DNA of 64,000 nucleotides, from the NCBI GenBank assembly GCA_010405405.1, contig MU004235.1:138538-202537 (forward strand), given 5' to 3'. The notes under the pieces were generated by a model that ran no database searches, was not told the origin of the DNA, and saw only the letters and a program-made list of their open reading frames with translations. This DNA comes from Microthyrium microscopicum (lineage: Eukaryota). Positions 23,252-36,958 of this stretch are shown in pieces. The number at the start of each line of letters is the position of its first letter. Position 1 is the stretch's first letter. A program made the translations under genes and the position numbers.

Positions 23252-26129
23252 CTATGGCCCATGCCATCCGCTAAAGAACCCTGGCGCACCACCCGTCACC
23301 CAGCCTTCGCTCATAAAAAGACCGGAGATCCCGCCATCCATACCGCCGAGTCCGTAGTCAAACGTGTAGGTGTCGATGGGGTTGTAGCCAGCTCCATTGT
23401 TGTACTCATACATGCCGTCCATTGATAGTGTCATATCACTAGGCTGCACAGGTGACGTATGCTGATACCAGCCCTGCTGCGGATTCTGCTGGTTTTGTGG
23501 ATGCGGATGTTGCTGCTGCGGCTGCTGCTGCTGTTGAGGCGCCGCGCGAGCCAAGGGTTGTTGCGCAGCGAGCACTGGTGTTGCTGCTGGCGCGGAAGAA
23601 GAGCCAGCGTGGTGTCGGGCGGCTGGTGAACCCATGGCGACTTCGCTGAGGAGGTGGAGGGCCTGAGCTTGGTGGTGGATGCCTGAGGCGGAGTTAGGAC
23701 GGCTGGAAGCTTTCCGGTCTTCGGCGGGGATGGGACCTTCTGGAGGAGCGGAGCAGGAGGTTGTGGCCTTTGGATTTTTGGCCCGTGATTTGATGCCGCG
23801 GAAATGGTCAAAGAGGCGTTGGATGACGAAGTAGAATTTGGTGTGTGGAGCGAGACTGTCTCGTTCGCGGATTCGAGCGAAGGAGTTTTCAAGCTTTTCC
23901 AGGTGTTCTTCGAGATTGAGATCGTTTTCGTTGATGACATTAGATATTTCTCCTGGGGCTGTAGCTGATATGTATAGCTTCATGAGAACGACTACGGCGT
24001 AGATTATACGCACAGCTGGCTTTGGTTAGAATATATAAGATTGATCGAACCGAATAACTTACAGAAAATTACAGGAAGCATAAAGATTGTTTCAATATCA
24101 ATATCCAGAAAGGTTTGTACAACGTTTTGACACGACTCCTGGCACTGAACCAGAGCATCTACATGGGAAGGACCCAAAACGACCTGGCTTACAGCGGCGC
24201 GGAATGTTTCTTCAGTGAATGGAGCTTTAAAGTCGTCCACATTACTTTGAGAGTGTAATGCAATCTCATGAAGGTAGAGATTCGTGACATGAGAGGAGAG
24301 TTGGATGGCCGGTTCCTCGTTGTTTCTAGCACGCAGATCCTGAAGGTCCTTTTCATGGTGCTTGATACCATAAGACACTTTGCCATCATTGATGGATAAG
24401 TTGACTCCCGGGTCATCCATCGCAAACTGTATGGCGATTTCTTCTGATATTCGCGCCAATTGAACATGTTGACAAAGCGCCTTGTCCGACGGTAGTGCTT
24501 CTTCAGAGGTCTCCAGAATATTAATACATTCTTGCATAAAATCATTGAATCGTAATAGTATAGGTCTTCGTAGTATCATGGCAATCCTGTATTTGTTAGC
24601 CTATTGCGGCAAAAGATATTGTCAAACTTACGTTATGCATAGGAAGTAATTCACCAACCACGCTCGGCGCGACTCAATCCCTTCAGGGTCAGGGAGATTC
24701 AACTTCACCTTTGCCTTGTTGTCGAAAAGCTTTTTTCTCCACGGACTAGTTCTCTTTCCAATGCCGATGTCCAGTCCCATGATAGTTGCCATATGAACCA
24801 TTTGATAAAACATGTGCTGTTCAAAGTTGGCGGGCGGACGATACCATAGAGCTCCGACCTGAAGAGCTTGCACCAATTGTAAAGATTTTTCGCCATTCTT
24901 CCACATACACTCTGCAAAGACATTTCGAAGTTCCCTCTCGAGTGCAATTTGAATATCTGCCTGAATGTTCGCGCCATACGATGTTCCACTAAGGATTGCG
25001 AGAAACAAAATGGGTTTCTCCGTCCGGACCTCTTGTGCGGTTGTTCCCGGTGGGAATGGAACTGCAGGAAAGCGTGGAACAAACTCTTCCACATATCGAT
25101 GGAACAATCTCTCAGCCTCGCCTCGAGAAATGATCGAGTCCAGCTTCTGGTCAATATCTGAATGATCATATACTTTCGGGCCCATTTGATTGTATATGCT
25201 CGTCGCAATTGTTGGTGTCCCATGCATGTTCGGATCTTCATCGCTACCAGCCATGACTGGTTCGTGCTTATTTCCATTTACCTGCCAATCGTGAGTACGA
25301 CCATCAGAGCTAGCAGGCCGGTAAGGAGATGTATTTACCTTCTCCAAACGTGGGCGCTTGCTCGATCTTTCTGGTGACAAGGCATAGTCAGCCGATCTTG
25401 GTTGAACAGGACTGGACTCATATGAGTCTAAATCACGTTTGCCAGAATAAGCTAATTCTTCAGGCATTTTGCCATTCTGTTTCTGCAAACTAGCCGTGAG
25501 GGCGTCAATCTTTCTTTCTAACTCAGCGACTCTACTGTCGGCCTTCTTTTGCCGTTTTCGAGTGGGCGGTGTAACAATACATTGTCGTCCTGCTTTGGCG
25601 CACCGTTTACACGGGTCGCCTGAAGTTGGGTCAATGATACACTTAACCTTTAAGCCACGACATGAGTCGCATGCGCGAGGTCGTTTCTCGTTTGGACCTT
25701 TTAACCCTCTGGAAAAGCGTCAGCATTTCGACAAGGGTTTCTCTTTTTGAAGGCAAAGACTTACCCAGGGCCCATGGGAGAAGTCTCGTCGTGAGGACTA
25801 CCATCATTTGGGGATATGAGATTGTCGTCATCGTCATCATGGTCATAGCCGTTGTCGAGAGATTGATCCGGTGGCTGCAATGGATGTGGTCGCGGATGAT
25901 TAGGCGGTGTGTTAGAATAATAAGATATTGATGGAGAGTCGGAGATGGGTCGCTGTGGTGTCTGTCGCGCAGTGTGGTACGAAGAATGGTGTATGGAATG
26001 CGACAAGGGCGGAAGATGTGTAGGTTGGTGTTGTGAGTGATGCGGTAGCTGGTGGGACATTTGTTGGTGTTGAAGTGGTGGAGTTGACTGTGAATATTGG
26101 CCCAGTCGGGGGTCAATCGCAGCGGCCAT
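23252..26129 (-). CDS. Zn(II)2Cys6 fungal transcription factor with middle homology region, multi-exon
   Basis: KRPRACDSCRGLKVKCIIDPTSGDPCKRCAKAGRQC read at about 25580-25690, then coiled coil VAELERKIDAL. Downstream exons correspond to ORFs 24628-25488, 24004-24579 and 23252-24013; Q-rich tail. Confidence 0.92.
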
Positions 26130-28650
26130 ACCGACGTTGACTTGCCTAGCAGGCACTTTCAGCGGTGGGTCGGAACCAGTGCAGCGCGACAGCGACCTGC
26201 CTGTATGTCGAGAGATAGCTGGTTATTGAGAGCCCGAGGGTGGTGGATAGAAAAATAATTCGGTAGTCGGAGACAGAGAAATGCGGAGGTCGGGAATCGG
26301 CGGGGGACGGCAAGCGACTACAGAAGTAGCGCCAGTGATGAGGAACAGATTAAAGTCTCCTTCGATCCAGATCGAGCTCCAAGGGACCAAGATGGACACT
26401 TGCAGAACCTGAGTAGTATCCTCTTACGGATACGGAGCACAGTTTGGAGACTGTTGGTGCTCCGGGGATCGGCTCAGGGCTGTAGAGTACTCTGGTTAGA
26501 GACTCTGAGAGACAAAGGCAGCAGCAAGACCGCGGCTAAATGAAAGAGCAGTTTGAGAGATGCAGCGCAAATGGCCAACGATAAAGATATCCATGGGTCT
26601 GAGCGGCTCAAACCAGATCTTTTGACTCTGAGACCATCAAAGGCAGCAGGGCACAGAGTCTGGGGAAGAAATGACAGCACTAGACGAGGGTGGTCGAGCC
26701 AGCAACTATAGACGACGAACTGCTGAGTAAACTCTAAACACGATGAACTCGAGAATGAGCAGTAATATCGGGCAATTAATCGCGAAAGCCGTTGATGAGA
26801 TGCAAAACCAGAAGTTACAGGATGCTGAGATCGGGGTGGGACTTGTGGGACTAGAAAGTGGTGAAAGCAGTAAGAGACGCGAAGGAGAGAGATGGAGGTG
26901 TGCAGATTGCAGAATAGAGTGTTTTGCAATTAGTACTGTATTTTGAATGGATTTTGGAAGGCTTTGACTTTTGGCCGTGCCATGATCCATCAAAAACCCG
27001 GTGCTTCACTCAAGAGACAAGAGGATCAAGAAGAATACTAAGAGCCTAAGAAAGTAAGTGTATGGTAGCAAGCTGCCACTGAGTCTGTGCATATGCCAGT
27101 GTTTCAGCTGTTCTACTGTTCTACAATGTACATACATTTTGACTTTTACCGCGGTTTTTGATGCCTTGAATGTCAGTGCCATGCCAACTCTCTGGCGGAT
27201 AATGGGTCTCTCTACTCTGCTTCCGCTGCCCCGTGCAGAGTGTTTAAACACCAACTACTCTTGAACAAGTACCAAGACCCGACTGCTCACTTCAACATTA
27301 TGGAGGCTGGAATTCGTGTTTACATCTCGACCACTCACGACTTGGGATTGACATCCAACAGCCTTGTGCATCCCAGCCTAGGTCATGAGAATTAAAAGCA
27401 TCCATTATTATCAACCAGGCGGCCAAGGCCAACGAGATTCAACGGCTATGCATGTCCTAATTATGACCCGAAAGACCACGAGGCTTGGTGAGGCCATGCA
27501 ACTTTAAAAGCTCCTTGACATCGGCTCCCCAGCGGCTGCGTGGGTCTAACGAATTCCTCTTTCCAATGTCGTTCATTCAGTGACATGTAATTCCGCTCCT
27601 ACTTAACCCAAGGCTCAGCACTCGTCGAGGCTCCCCACAAACATCAGTCGTGCTTACAAGCCAAGCCAGCTTGCCACAGTTGGCCGGGCTTGCGGCGAGA
27701 ATATGGCTGGCCTAACCGTCTGCGGAACCAAATTCAAGTAACCCGACCTGCGCCTTGTGAGCCTCGTTCTGTCTTCTACCGTCCTTCCTTTCAATTTCCA
27801 TTTCGAAAAATCCCCGAGTATTTGGAAGATATTTCTTGCACGGACTTGACCCCGCAATTGCTATTGTCTTGGGTTGTGATTGGTTCATGTTTATGTTTCA
27901 GACTTCCATCTGGGGTTTGAAATAGCCGATGGTCATTAACTTCCCAATATCAGAAGATCGATGAGCTCTTCCAAACTTCGTTTCCATAGAAGAAATCAGT
28001 CTCTAGCTAGTCGATATGAGAAGTCTTGGCTCGAACCATAGACATGGTTCTAGTCCTATTAATACTACAATTCCCGATATCTTATTAGTCGCGAATGATT
28101 GTATGTTAGCAGTGACGGTGCCTGGACGTCTATGAAGACCATTCATTTCATACCTAGTACTCCGTACATAGTAATGCAATGGTCAAGCCCTAGGGAGAAG
28201 TCGTCTGAAAATATCTGAACTCTTCCACCAGTCCATCATGTTTTGTTGTGACAACCACCGATTGAAACGTTTGTTGGTTCAACACTCCTGCATGCAACCC
28301 CCAGTCGTCGTTGTTTTCGTTCCTGCATAAGGCACCGATTCCTGCAGCCGCTCGTCTATTCATAAAGCATCTAGACCCCCAGAACTGCTCTCCCCAACGC
28401 TCCAGCTGACCTGGCTCTGCCGGTCTTGGCACCAACAAGTTTCCAAGGTTGCTTCACACAACGCCACACTACACTTCTCAAGCCGTTGCAACGCTAAAGA
28501 GTTCACAAGCGTCGCAAGTCCTTCCCATCCTTCTAGATGCAGTACATATTTTGCGTCTTGAGGTCTTGGCATACATATCATGAATTGTTTTACCCTTTCG
28601 CTATAGACTATATCTACTGCTCAACGGAATCTTGAAGCACTGAATACTCA

Positions 28651-28926
28651 TTACCCTGAGCTCACGGGCGGAATGATTGCCACTTCGTCTCCTTCCTTGA
28701 TGGTCACAGGCGCTTCATCCTTGTCTACATACTCGAGATTCACAGTGATTGCACAGCTACTCAGCACCTTGTCTGTGATACCCGGATACTGATCTTCCAG
28801 CGCCTTGAATAGGGCATCTGTTTGGAAGGGGGCTTTCCAATGCTCGCTTTGCTTCTTAGTATAACTAGAAGCGGTCGCAAAGTACAGTATATTGAAGTAG
28901 CCACTTGGAGGCTTAGTTGATGCCAT
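28651..28926 (-). CDS. cnxG: Molybdopterin synthase sulfur carrier (small) subunit, MoaD/MOCS2A
   Basis: ILYFA N-terminal strand, VNLEYV, and C-terminal GDEVAIIPPVSSG; 91 aa from the ATG at 28926. Confidence 0.9.
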   Translation of the reverse strand: MASTKPPSGYFNILYFATASSYTKKQSEHWKAPFQTDALFKALEDQYPGITDKVLSSCAITVNLEYVDKDEAPVTIKEGDEVAIIPPVSSG

Positions 28927-29454
28927 GTCTGGTAGAGAGTCAGTGGTCAATGGCTTGTACAAAGAGAATGACTTGGTTCATCGAAGAGTTGGATCAGAAA
29001 AATCGGGTCTCAGCGTGTCTACAAGAGTAGATCAGGTAATACATGCAAAATAGATTGAAAGCATCATGCAATGGGCCTGGAGGCAGGAGAAGTAGTAGAG
29101 GGAGTACTAACCAGTTCTACTCAATCTTGGGAGGACAACTGCTTACCACACAACTGACATGTTCTGTGTCAAAGTAGTGTTCAATTCGGGGTTTGTGTGG
29201 TTTTAAGCAGAGATGAAGAGTTTGCATCGAATGCAGATTGCTGACTGAACGGACATGGACTTGTGAACTGGAACATTGAAGGAAAGTCAAAATTGAGGCC
29301 GCCAAGTCGGCCCGAAGTTCTGCCATGCCAAGATTTATCAACGCGCATCCCTGTCTAAAAAAGTTCAACACCAAGCGCATATCGTTCTTTCAGGAGGTCA
29401 TTTTACGCGCTAATGGCCATCCACGTTCCTCTTCAGTACCTTGCTTAATATAAT

Positions 29455-32400
29455 ATGAGCATTTGCTGGCGTTGCTCTGAGAAACTTCTCTCTCGTTCTC
29501 TTCTACAACTGTCTGGTCGTTCTGCAGTACGCCGGTCTCGCCACCAACTCCAACCTCTACTTCCGAGACGCCATGCTGTAACTCTCGCGGACCAAATCAA
29601 TACAGCACCCCTACTTCCTATAGACTACGGAGATATACGAGAACGCTTAACACAATGGCAACAAGAACATGGGAGCAAAATTGAGGATCCTACCTCAGCA
29701 CAACACGAATCCAGAAGACTTCGGGCATATGCTTGGTCTTTTGAAGGTGGAGATGAAGACGTTGGGAACAGCGTAGACGTCAATGAATGGGAGGGAAAAT
29801 TTGGAGATGTTGGTATCGTGACAGCTCGCCAGTTCATTGTGCCAGGCTCTCTTGTTGAGATAACGTAAGAGCGATGACATTTCTTCCACCATACCATATG
29901 ACTGATGAAATGTAGTCCCAAGTTTTCAGTACAAGACCCAATATTCGCAGTATGCCTCAGGTCGCACAAAAAGGTAGTCGATGTCCTTACGGTCAATGGT
30001 CGTCTAGTCTCAATTAGTTCCGCGAACTTGCGATGGCATTTGCCGCAATGGATGCCAGCTGCAGATCTGGCACCTCTTGACCCTTTTCTTCCTACCCGAG
30101 ACCATCTAGATGCAGATACCATGGCTGCCGGCGAAATCATTGTTCACAACTCTGCAGTTCCACGGGAGTTTACAGCTCCTATTCTGACAGCTCTGAATGC
30201 TTGGCGCAACAAAGTCAACTCGATATATCGTGAACATGCTCAAGTCCTTGACAATGCTCATGACTTGCTGGCAGATTCCGTCGAGCTCCAGTTTGGTTCG
30301 CTTGAAAGAATTACCCAAAAGCTGTTAGGACACACAAAGGACTTTGCCACTCCGGAAACTCTATACGCGGTGCGAAAAGCTCTGCATCGTCAGCCCATAG
30401 GCTTCACATCTGATAAAATGTCCATACGAAGATCCCAGTTCTGGCAGATCAAACCGAAAGAGCTGGTGTCGTCAGTAAATACTGCTCGAAACTGGATCCG
30501 TCAATATCGCGAAGCAATGACAATCGACGAAAGTATTTACCCGAAAGAAGCTGCCCAACTTCGCTCTCAGGACGGATACAAAAAGGTACGCTACTTCTTG
30601 GAGCATATCCGGGAACTCATTCTGGAAAGTCGAAAGGATCGAGAATGTACTGAAGATGGTCTTGGTCCCAGTAAACGCAAAGGTCCAATCCAAAATATAC
30701 CCCGGAAGAATGGCAAATTTACCCAAGACGAAACCACTCTCGTTCGATTTGTGGAATACTGGTGCATCCAGGAAGTGTTCGAACAGGACATGAGCTTGTT
30801 TAGTCTGGCACCATATCTCGTTCAAACCTCCAAAATGTACCAAGATTACTCACCGTCGAAGAAATTAGGACGTGTATTTCTGCAGGAACTTGGTTGCTTT
30901 CCATCATATGGCCAATATGATCTATATCTACCAAGTCTTATGCTTCCTGGTCAAGGCACATCTGCCAGACTAGACAAAGTCTGGACAACCACCCATCAAG
31001 CTGAAAATAAAAGTCCAAAATTTGTCGACTCTTATGCAGATATAAGGCACGATTGGGGTGATTTGTTGGTGCTTTGCATTGATCCGCCAGACACCAAAGA
31101 TGTGGATGATGGTATCTCAATAGAAGAGGTTCCAGGTCATCCGGATCAGCACTGGCTGCGTGTTCATGTTGCAAATCCAACTGCCTTCATTCCACCTGAA
31201 TCGATGATGAGCAGTCTAGCGCGTCAACTGACTTCAAGTTTATACGCACTCAACAAAACATGGACATTGCTGCCAGACTCCTACACCAGGAAATGTAGTT
31301 TGGAGGCTGGCGCCCCGACCCTTACTTTCAGCCTCAAAATAGACGACACAGGAAAGTTTCTTGATTACGATATACGTCATGGAACCATCAACAATGTCAA
31401 AAAGATCAGTTATGGCGAAGTCAACGAAGTACTTGGGCTTAGTTCCCCCAACATGGATTATAGCTCGGTTTTGTCTGTTGGCTATATTCCAAAAGATCAA
31501 ACTCCTACCCCAACTCCCGCGTCTTCCAAGCATGTACAACCAGCAACTGTCAAAGTTTTGAAGAAGCTCAAGGCGTTGATGCAAGTATCTAGCGCTAAAC
31601 GATTCAGTGGTATCAGCGTACAATATGCCAACAAGGAGCATAATGTTCAAACATTCAGCGCCGATCCCAAAACTCAAAAAACAGAATCTTTTGAGTCTCC
31701 ATTCAGCCGAACCTCCAGTATGAACTTTTTCGGGGATCCGTCTATACGGTTGCAATGCCTGAAATTTTCACCTCAAACTCAGATTGGCGCGCCAGACATA
31801 CTGGCTACTTCTCTGGTTCAAGAGAGTATGCTATTGGCCTGCGAAGTGGCAGGTAGGTGGTCGTGGGATCGCAAGATTCCGTCACTTTATCGCGGCCAAA
31901 TGCTAGCATTTGACCGCGAGGATATCATGAAGCGCAAAAAAAGCATAATACTACCAATCCTGGAAAAGACACCTGACCAATACACTTGGGGCGACTTTCT
32001 GAAGTTCCGCAACTATCAGACCAACTTTTTGCCTGGCATAGTTGCTTCACGAGCCATATTCCATGCCGGAACCAATACCGAACACTACATTAAGGCCACC
32101 AGCCCATTGCGCCGCTACTCCGATATGATTGCGCACTGGCAGATTGGTGCTGCTCTACGCCACGAACACCACACCGGCAAAAGCCTCGCTACCAACAATG
32201 AGGATGGACCGGCCACTGGAATTCTGCCGTTCACTCGGACCGCACTCGAAAGCATCATGGTGCGTCTATCGGATCGTGAAGACGCCCTCAATGCTGCTAT
32301 GAACCAGGCTGAAATGCACTGGATCCGGCAGTTCTACCACCGCGCACACTACGGCGGTGAGGCTGTTCTTCCCGAGACGTTCAAGATATGTGTAGTCTCG

Positions 32401-32691
32401 GATCATAACAGCTTGGAGCTCGTCTCAAAGCACCTTATGGCCCGCTCTCTTGAGCACGGAGTTGTGATGCACATGGACTTGCGAGATGAAGCCTTTGTGG
32501 CCGAGGGTGGTTCGCGGATTTTTGACATCTGGGAAGCGAAGATTGAGGAGGTATCTCAGCAGGGCGGCAAAATTATTGCCAAGCCTCTACGCCTGGTGGA
32601 GCGGTTGAGTGAAGCAGATTTCGAGTCGCATTGGCAGAACTGGCTGCGGGTAAGGGATAGCGTGGGTAAAATGCCAGAATTGACGACCTAA
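29455..32691 (+). CDS. cyt-4: Mitochondrial RNase II/RNB-family exoribonuclease (Cyt-4/Dss1)
   Basis: Arg/Ser/Leu-rich presequence-like N-terminus; intron 29865-29915. RNB motifs IDPPDTKDVDDGIS, VHVANP and TSPLRRYSDMIAHWQ. Confidence 0.9.
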
Positions 32692-32947
32692 GTAGTCTCA
32701 GAAGTTGTATAGTATTGTATCATAGAGAGCATGCTTATAAACAGTCTAAAACATCCTAAATATCCAGACATGGTCACGTTCAGCGTGGCGCCGGTATGTT
32801 TGAAGTAACGCTTGACGGCAAGTATCCAAATTTGGTCCAGTTTCAAGGTGATGCTAACAAATTATTGATACCAGCAGGTCCAAACTTCCCATCCCAGCAG
32901 TCATATATCCGAGTCCTTGGGCGATTTCGCACTCAACACTTTCCTAC

Positions 32948-34537
32948 CTATGTAGAAGTAGTGCTCACCTTACTAGGACTTCTGACCGGACTCGACTTGA
33001 CAGTCTCAACACTCTCCACTACCTGACGGTCGAACATCTCAATAGGCGCCTCCTTCTTCAGCTTCTTCAGCTCAATGGCCTCAACAAGCGCCAATGCTCT
33101 GGCCTTCTTGCCATCTCTCACCTTCTTGACTCGCTCAGTGAACTGACCAATCTGATAAGCCAGACCGCTCATTCTCATATTGAGCGCATCCAGTCGGTGA
33201 GCTGCCAGTGGGTCGCGCAGGCGAAAGATCTGGGTGCCCAACTCCTTGACATGGCTTTCGAGATATCTGTTTCGAGCTTCCAGCTTGGCGCAGCGATCGT
33301 CGACTTCCCAATTTCGCTGCATTAGACCTTCGAAATCTTCAGAGAGGGTCTCGTTGATTTCCTCGAGTCGAATTTTCTCCTTCCAGAGCTCTTTTCGGGA
33401 AGGAAGTTTTGCCTCGTCTGGCATCAACTTCAAGCGCTTTGCCTGAACACGTGAGTTTAGGAAATCAGCTCAATGTCATAGCATGGTCACTCACTGTTGG
33501 ATCTTCCAAGTCGTTGTTATTGGCAGCTCTCTTCTTCTTTCCTTTGACGTTTGACACTCTTGCCATCGTTGGTGTTGGCTCATCCAGGCCGGAGTGGAAG
33601 AAGAATGTAGAGTCGAGATCGTTATTCAGTTTTGACCTAAAATCTTCAACATCATGTCCGACCAATTTCACAAAACAGGTGCGTGCTCGCAGCAACCGCG
33701 ATGTCTGCCAGCTACGCTTTCCTTCATGGAATGCTCTACCTCCCATCGAAAGCAATAAAAACCTAGTCTTTTATCGACTACAATGGGAAGTAGAGTGTGC
33801 TTCCGTATCAAGAAAGGCGGTCGTAGCTGATGGCATCTCGCCAATTGATCGATCCAACTTACATGGTAACACGATGCCAAAGATTGCTTGCATCCCCTCT
33901 GACGGCAATTGCGTTCTCTGTAGACTTGTTTTGTTGCCATTCACTGATTGATTGGCGAAGGTCGCTGTATAAATTTCCTCCGAAATCTTCGGACATCTGT
34001 AGATTTGTCAGTAACCATGTCAACGCGGTTAACGAGTGCCGGATATAGAATGCACGCTGACTCTTATCAATGGCGAGGCTCCCAAAACACCTGATACTCA
34101 AAAGATGACATGTTGTCCATCGCGCTCGAACTACCATCCAGTTTGCAAAAGCCCGATGGCAGAAACAGCACTCGTTTACAATGGTGCTCTGTAGTGAATA
34201 GATCATCTCTTGCGTATCAGGTGTTCTGGGGCCCATCAGAGTCGATAGGAGCATCCAACCCCAGAATATGGAATGAACCTACCTCGTAGCAAGGCCGTTT
34301 GCTGTAATCGCAGTTGTAACACTTGTTATACTGCTTAACTTCATGTCCAATCGTCTTCTTCATGGTGCCAATAAGGTCAGGATCTTGGGTAAAAGCACAT
34401 TCAAGGAATCCTTTACTCCCGAATTCCCGAAAATAGCGCGGGATGCACTTCATGCATGGGTTGGTAGTGCCTTTGGATCCGGCAACTTCGCGAGAAGCTG
34501 CCTCTCGGCGAGCTGTTAATCCATTTGGTTGAGACAT
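32948..34537 (-). CDS. Hypothetical multi-exon protein with N-terminal six-Cys cluster and C-terminal coiled coil (exon structure uncertain)
   Basis: Co-directional ORFs 34217-34537, 33859-34254, 33465-33755 and 32948-33433 with candidate splice donors (GTAGGT at 34282, GTAAGT near 33862). Cx2Cx15Cx25Cx2Cx6C motif; KGKKKR NLS-like motif; heptad-rich E/K/L tail. Confidence 0.55.
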
Positions 34538-35184
34538 TTTGGAACTCTTTGGCTGATTGAATGTCGAAGTGGAAGAGGAGGAAGAAGTGTTTAAAAGCAA
34601 AAGAAGTCGCTGGAATTTAAGAACTCCGATTCGATTAAGAGTGACTGGTGGGATTCAGTAATTTTCACGCCGAATTCATGGAGTGAGGCTTTATGTTCGC
34701 TAACTACTACCTACCTAAGTAATTAGGCAATTGTGAGTTGATCTTTACTTGGAGTGTTGTACCAATAACATTACCTTATTTGTTGGCGGTAGCGGCTCCC
34801 TCATCCAGATCAAGACCTTTTGACTTGCTGAATATAGTCCTCGGTCAGATCAAGTCAAGTCAGTACCCGTGTTGCTATGTGGATCTAACACTCTGAGAGA
34901 TAGTGACAGATTGCGGCGGCATCAAATTACAAAAGAGAAGCATGAGTCCAAATTGCTTGCCTGGATGAGAAAGCAGAAGGGGTAGCGCTATTACACAACT
35001 TAGCGTGTCGTATGACAAAAACAAAATAGTGATAATAAAGAACCGTCAGGAGCAAAGAAGTTGAAATATAGATATATAACACAGTGTTTGAGCAGTTCGC
35101 GTCGACTTATGTCGAACTTTCCCTGGCTACAAACCGCTAAAACCTTCCTCGTCCAATCCCCAGACACCAGATTCAACAGAAAGT

Positions 35185-36497
35185 ATGGCGGAGATGTCCG
35201 GTGCCTCTGGTTCCAACCACATTTCCTCGGACAGTAGTTTACTCCGTAGATATGCATTATCAAAGAGAAATCAAGACTGGGAGGAATGCTCCACATTGGT
35301 GAAAACAGAACCCGAAGGTCTACACTGCTTGTTAATATTTCGCAACGACAACTCGTGGATACCTTGGTCAGTACCCAAGCACAAGGTCTCAGTGGTGAGC
35401 ATAGCCAGAGGTCGTGATCCCAAGACAGGCCGCTTCACTTCTAGTCCAATGATCAACGTCCAACAACAGAACCAAGAAAAGGACCGACAACATGACCAAC
35501 AGCAAAGCCAATTTTCCAGACTTCCAACAGAAGTGCTCATGATTATCATGGAACATCTTCCAATTGACGACGTTCGAAGGGCAGCGCGTTGTAACCACAT
35601 TATGTGGAGTGTTGGAACTGGGCTTTTACAAAGCATCTGCAACCTCGCGCCGCAGTTACTTCACTTCGTGATCAGGTCTGGCGCCTCAAGGACGATTCCA
35701 ATTCTCGACTTGCGTTATCTTCACAGATATCGGCACTGCGAGCTAGAGGCCAACTGTGAAAACTATGCCGATCTTCTAAGCGTCTATGGCATGCAACGCT
35801 CTTGTAGGGTACTCTACAAGCATTTTGTCTGGCCTCAAGGATACGCTCAGGCTTGGAACAGTGTTAGCTCTTACATACCATCATGGACAGGGTCAAATTC
35901 AGAGTCATACGTGCTACCCCATCGGCTAAAACCCCGGCCGAAACGCGAATGTGCTATCTCGATGCCTCCACCACCGAAGGGCACTAATGATATCGAGGAG
36001 ATTTTCTGGTGCAAAGCTTGTTTACTCGAAGATTCTTGCCGCCATTACGACCTCCTGAAGTATGGAGAGAACACGATAATGACTGGCAAAAGAAATACAA
36101 TTTTGCGAGATGACTATCCATACCTCTACACCGGCACGTCAATCGGCGGTAAATCAAGCCAGGAGCGGCCCATCCATGATCAGGACTCAGTCCCTCACTC
36201 TTGCGCAGTTGAACGAGATCCTACTCCCCCATGGATGGAGCCACCGTCTTACTTGCTGGTCTACACTCGCCAACTCCTCTGAATAACATCAAAATGTGCC
36301 AAAATCGTGCACAATTTGATGACCTGATAGTCGGTAAGGAAGTCTTGACCCCACCTACCACCCATCGGAATATTCTTATCGAACTATTACTGGACAGACA
36401 CGAGGAAGAATGCTACAAGACTATCAGTGGACGACCTCAAAGCTGTGTATGTACCTCAGTTAGGAGGAGGTGGAAAGCTGGACTCGGCAGCAGATGA
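35185..36497 (+). CDS. F-box protein with Cys-rich C-terminus, apparently frameshifted near 36275 (ORF stops at 36282; homologous tail continues in the -1 frame to 36497)
   Basis: F-box FSRLPTEVLMIIMEHLPIDDVRRAARCN and WCKAC. The -1 frame gives LNNIKMCQNR, which matches LAHIKECPHR of the adjacent paralog. Confidence 0.7.
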
Positions 36498-36958
36498 TTG
36501 AACCTTGCGACGGTACTCCAATAGTTGGTGACAGGGCCTGAATAGCTCAAGTTGCGATTTGCAATCAGATGCCAAATCATGTACAAAAGTTTAGAACGTT
36601 GGTTACAATACATGTTATCAGAGAACCCATAACAGTCCTATTGCTTGATGAGAAACGTTGCGATATGAAATCCCAAGAGCGAGAAGTTCATTATGACCTG
36701 AAAGAGTACTTTCCACATTCTCAGACTGCTCTTTCCTGATGGACAGTACTTAAAGAAGCATGACCTATATGTCCCTTCGCCCGCCATCGTACTTACCTTA
36801 CAAGTTTTCTCGGTATACAGCGCTCAAGACAACTGGCAAAGTACTAGAAACCTTGAAAACACAACCTCTCCAAGCACTTGCAAGTAACAGTCATCGAGAA
36901 TCATCATACCGCATCATTTCTGTTTCGAACGCAACAATCTTTATTTCTATACTCAGCC

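Noticed and set aside
28651..28662. MoaD-like protein ending in SSG rather than the usual GG
   Set aside because: As I recall, filamentous-ascomycete CnxG proteins normally end PPVSSG, so this is not unusual.
35407..35436. RGRDPKTGRF motif in the first F-box protein
   Set aside because: A single short basic motif; not enough to infer a function.
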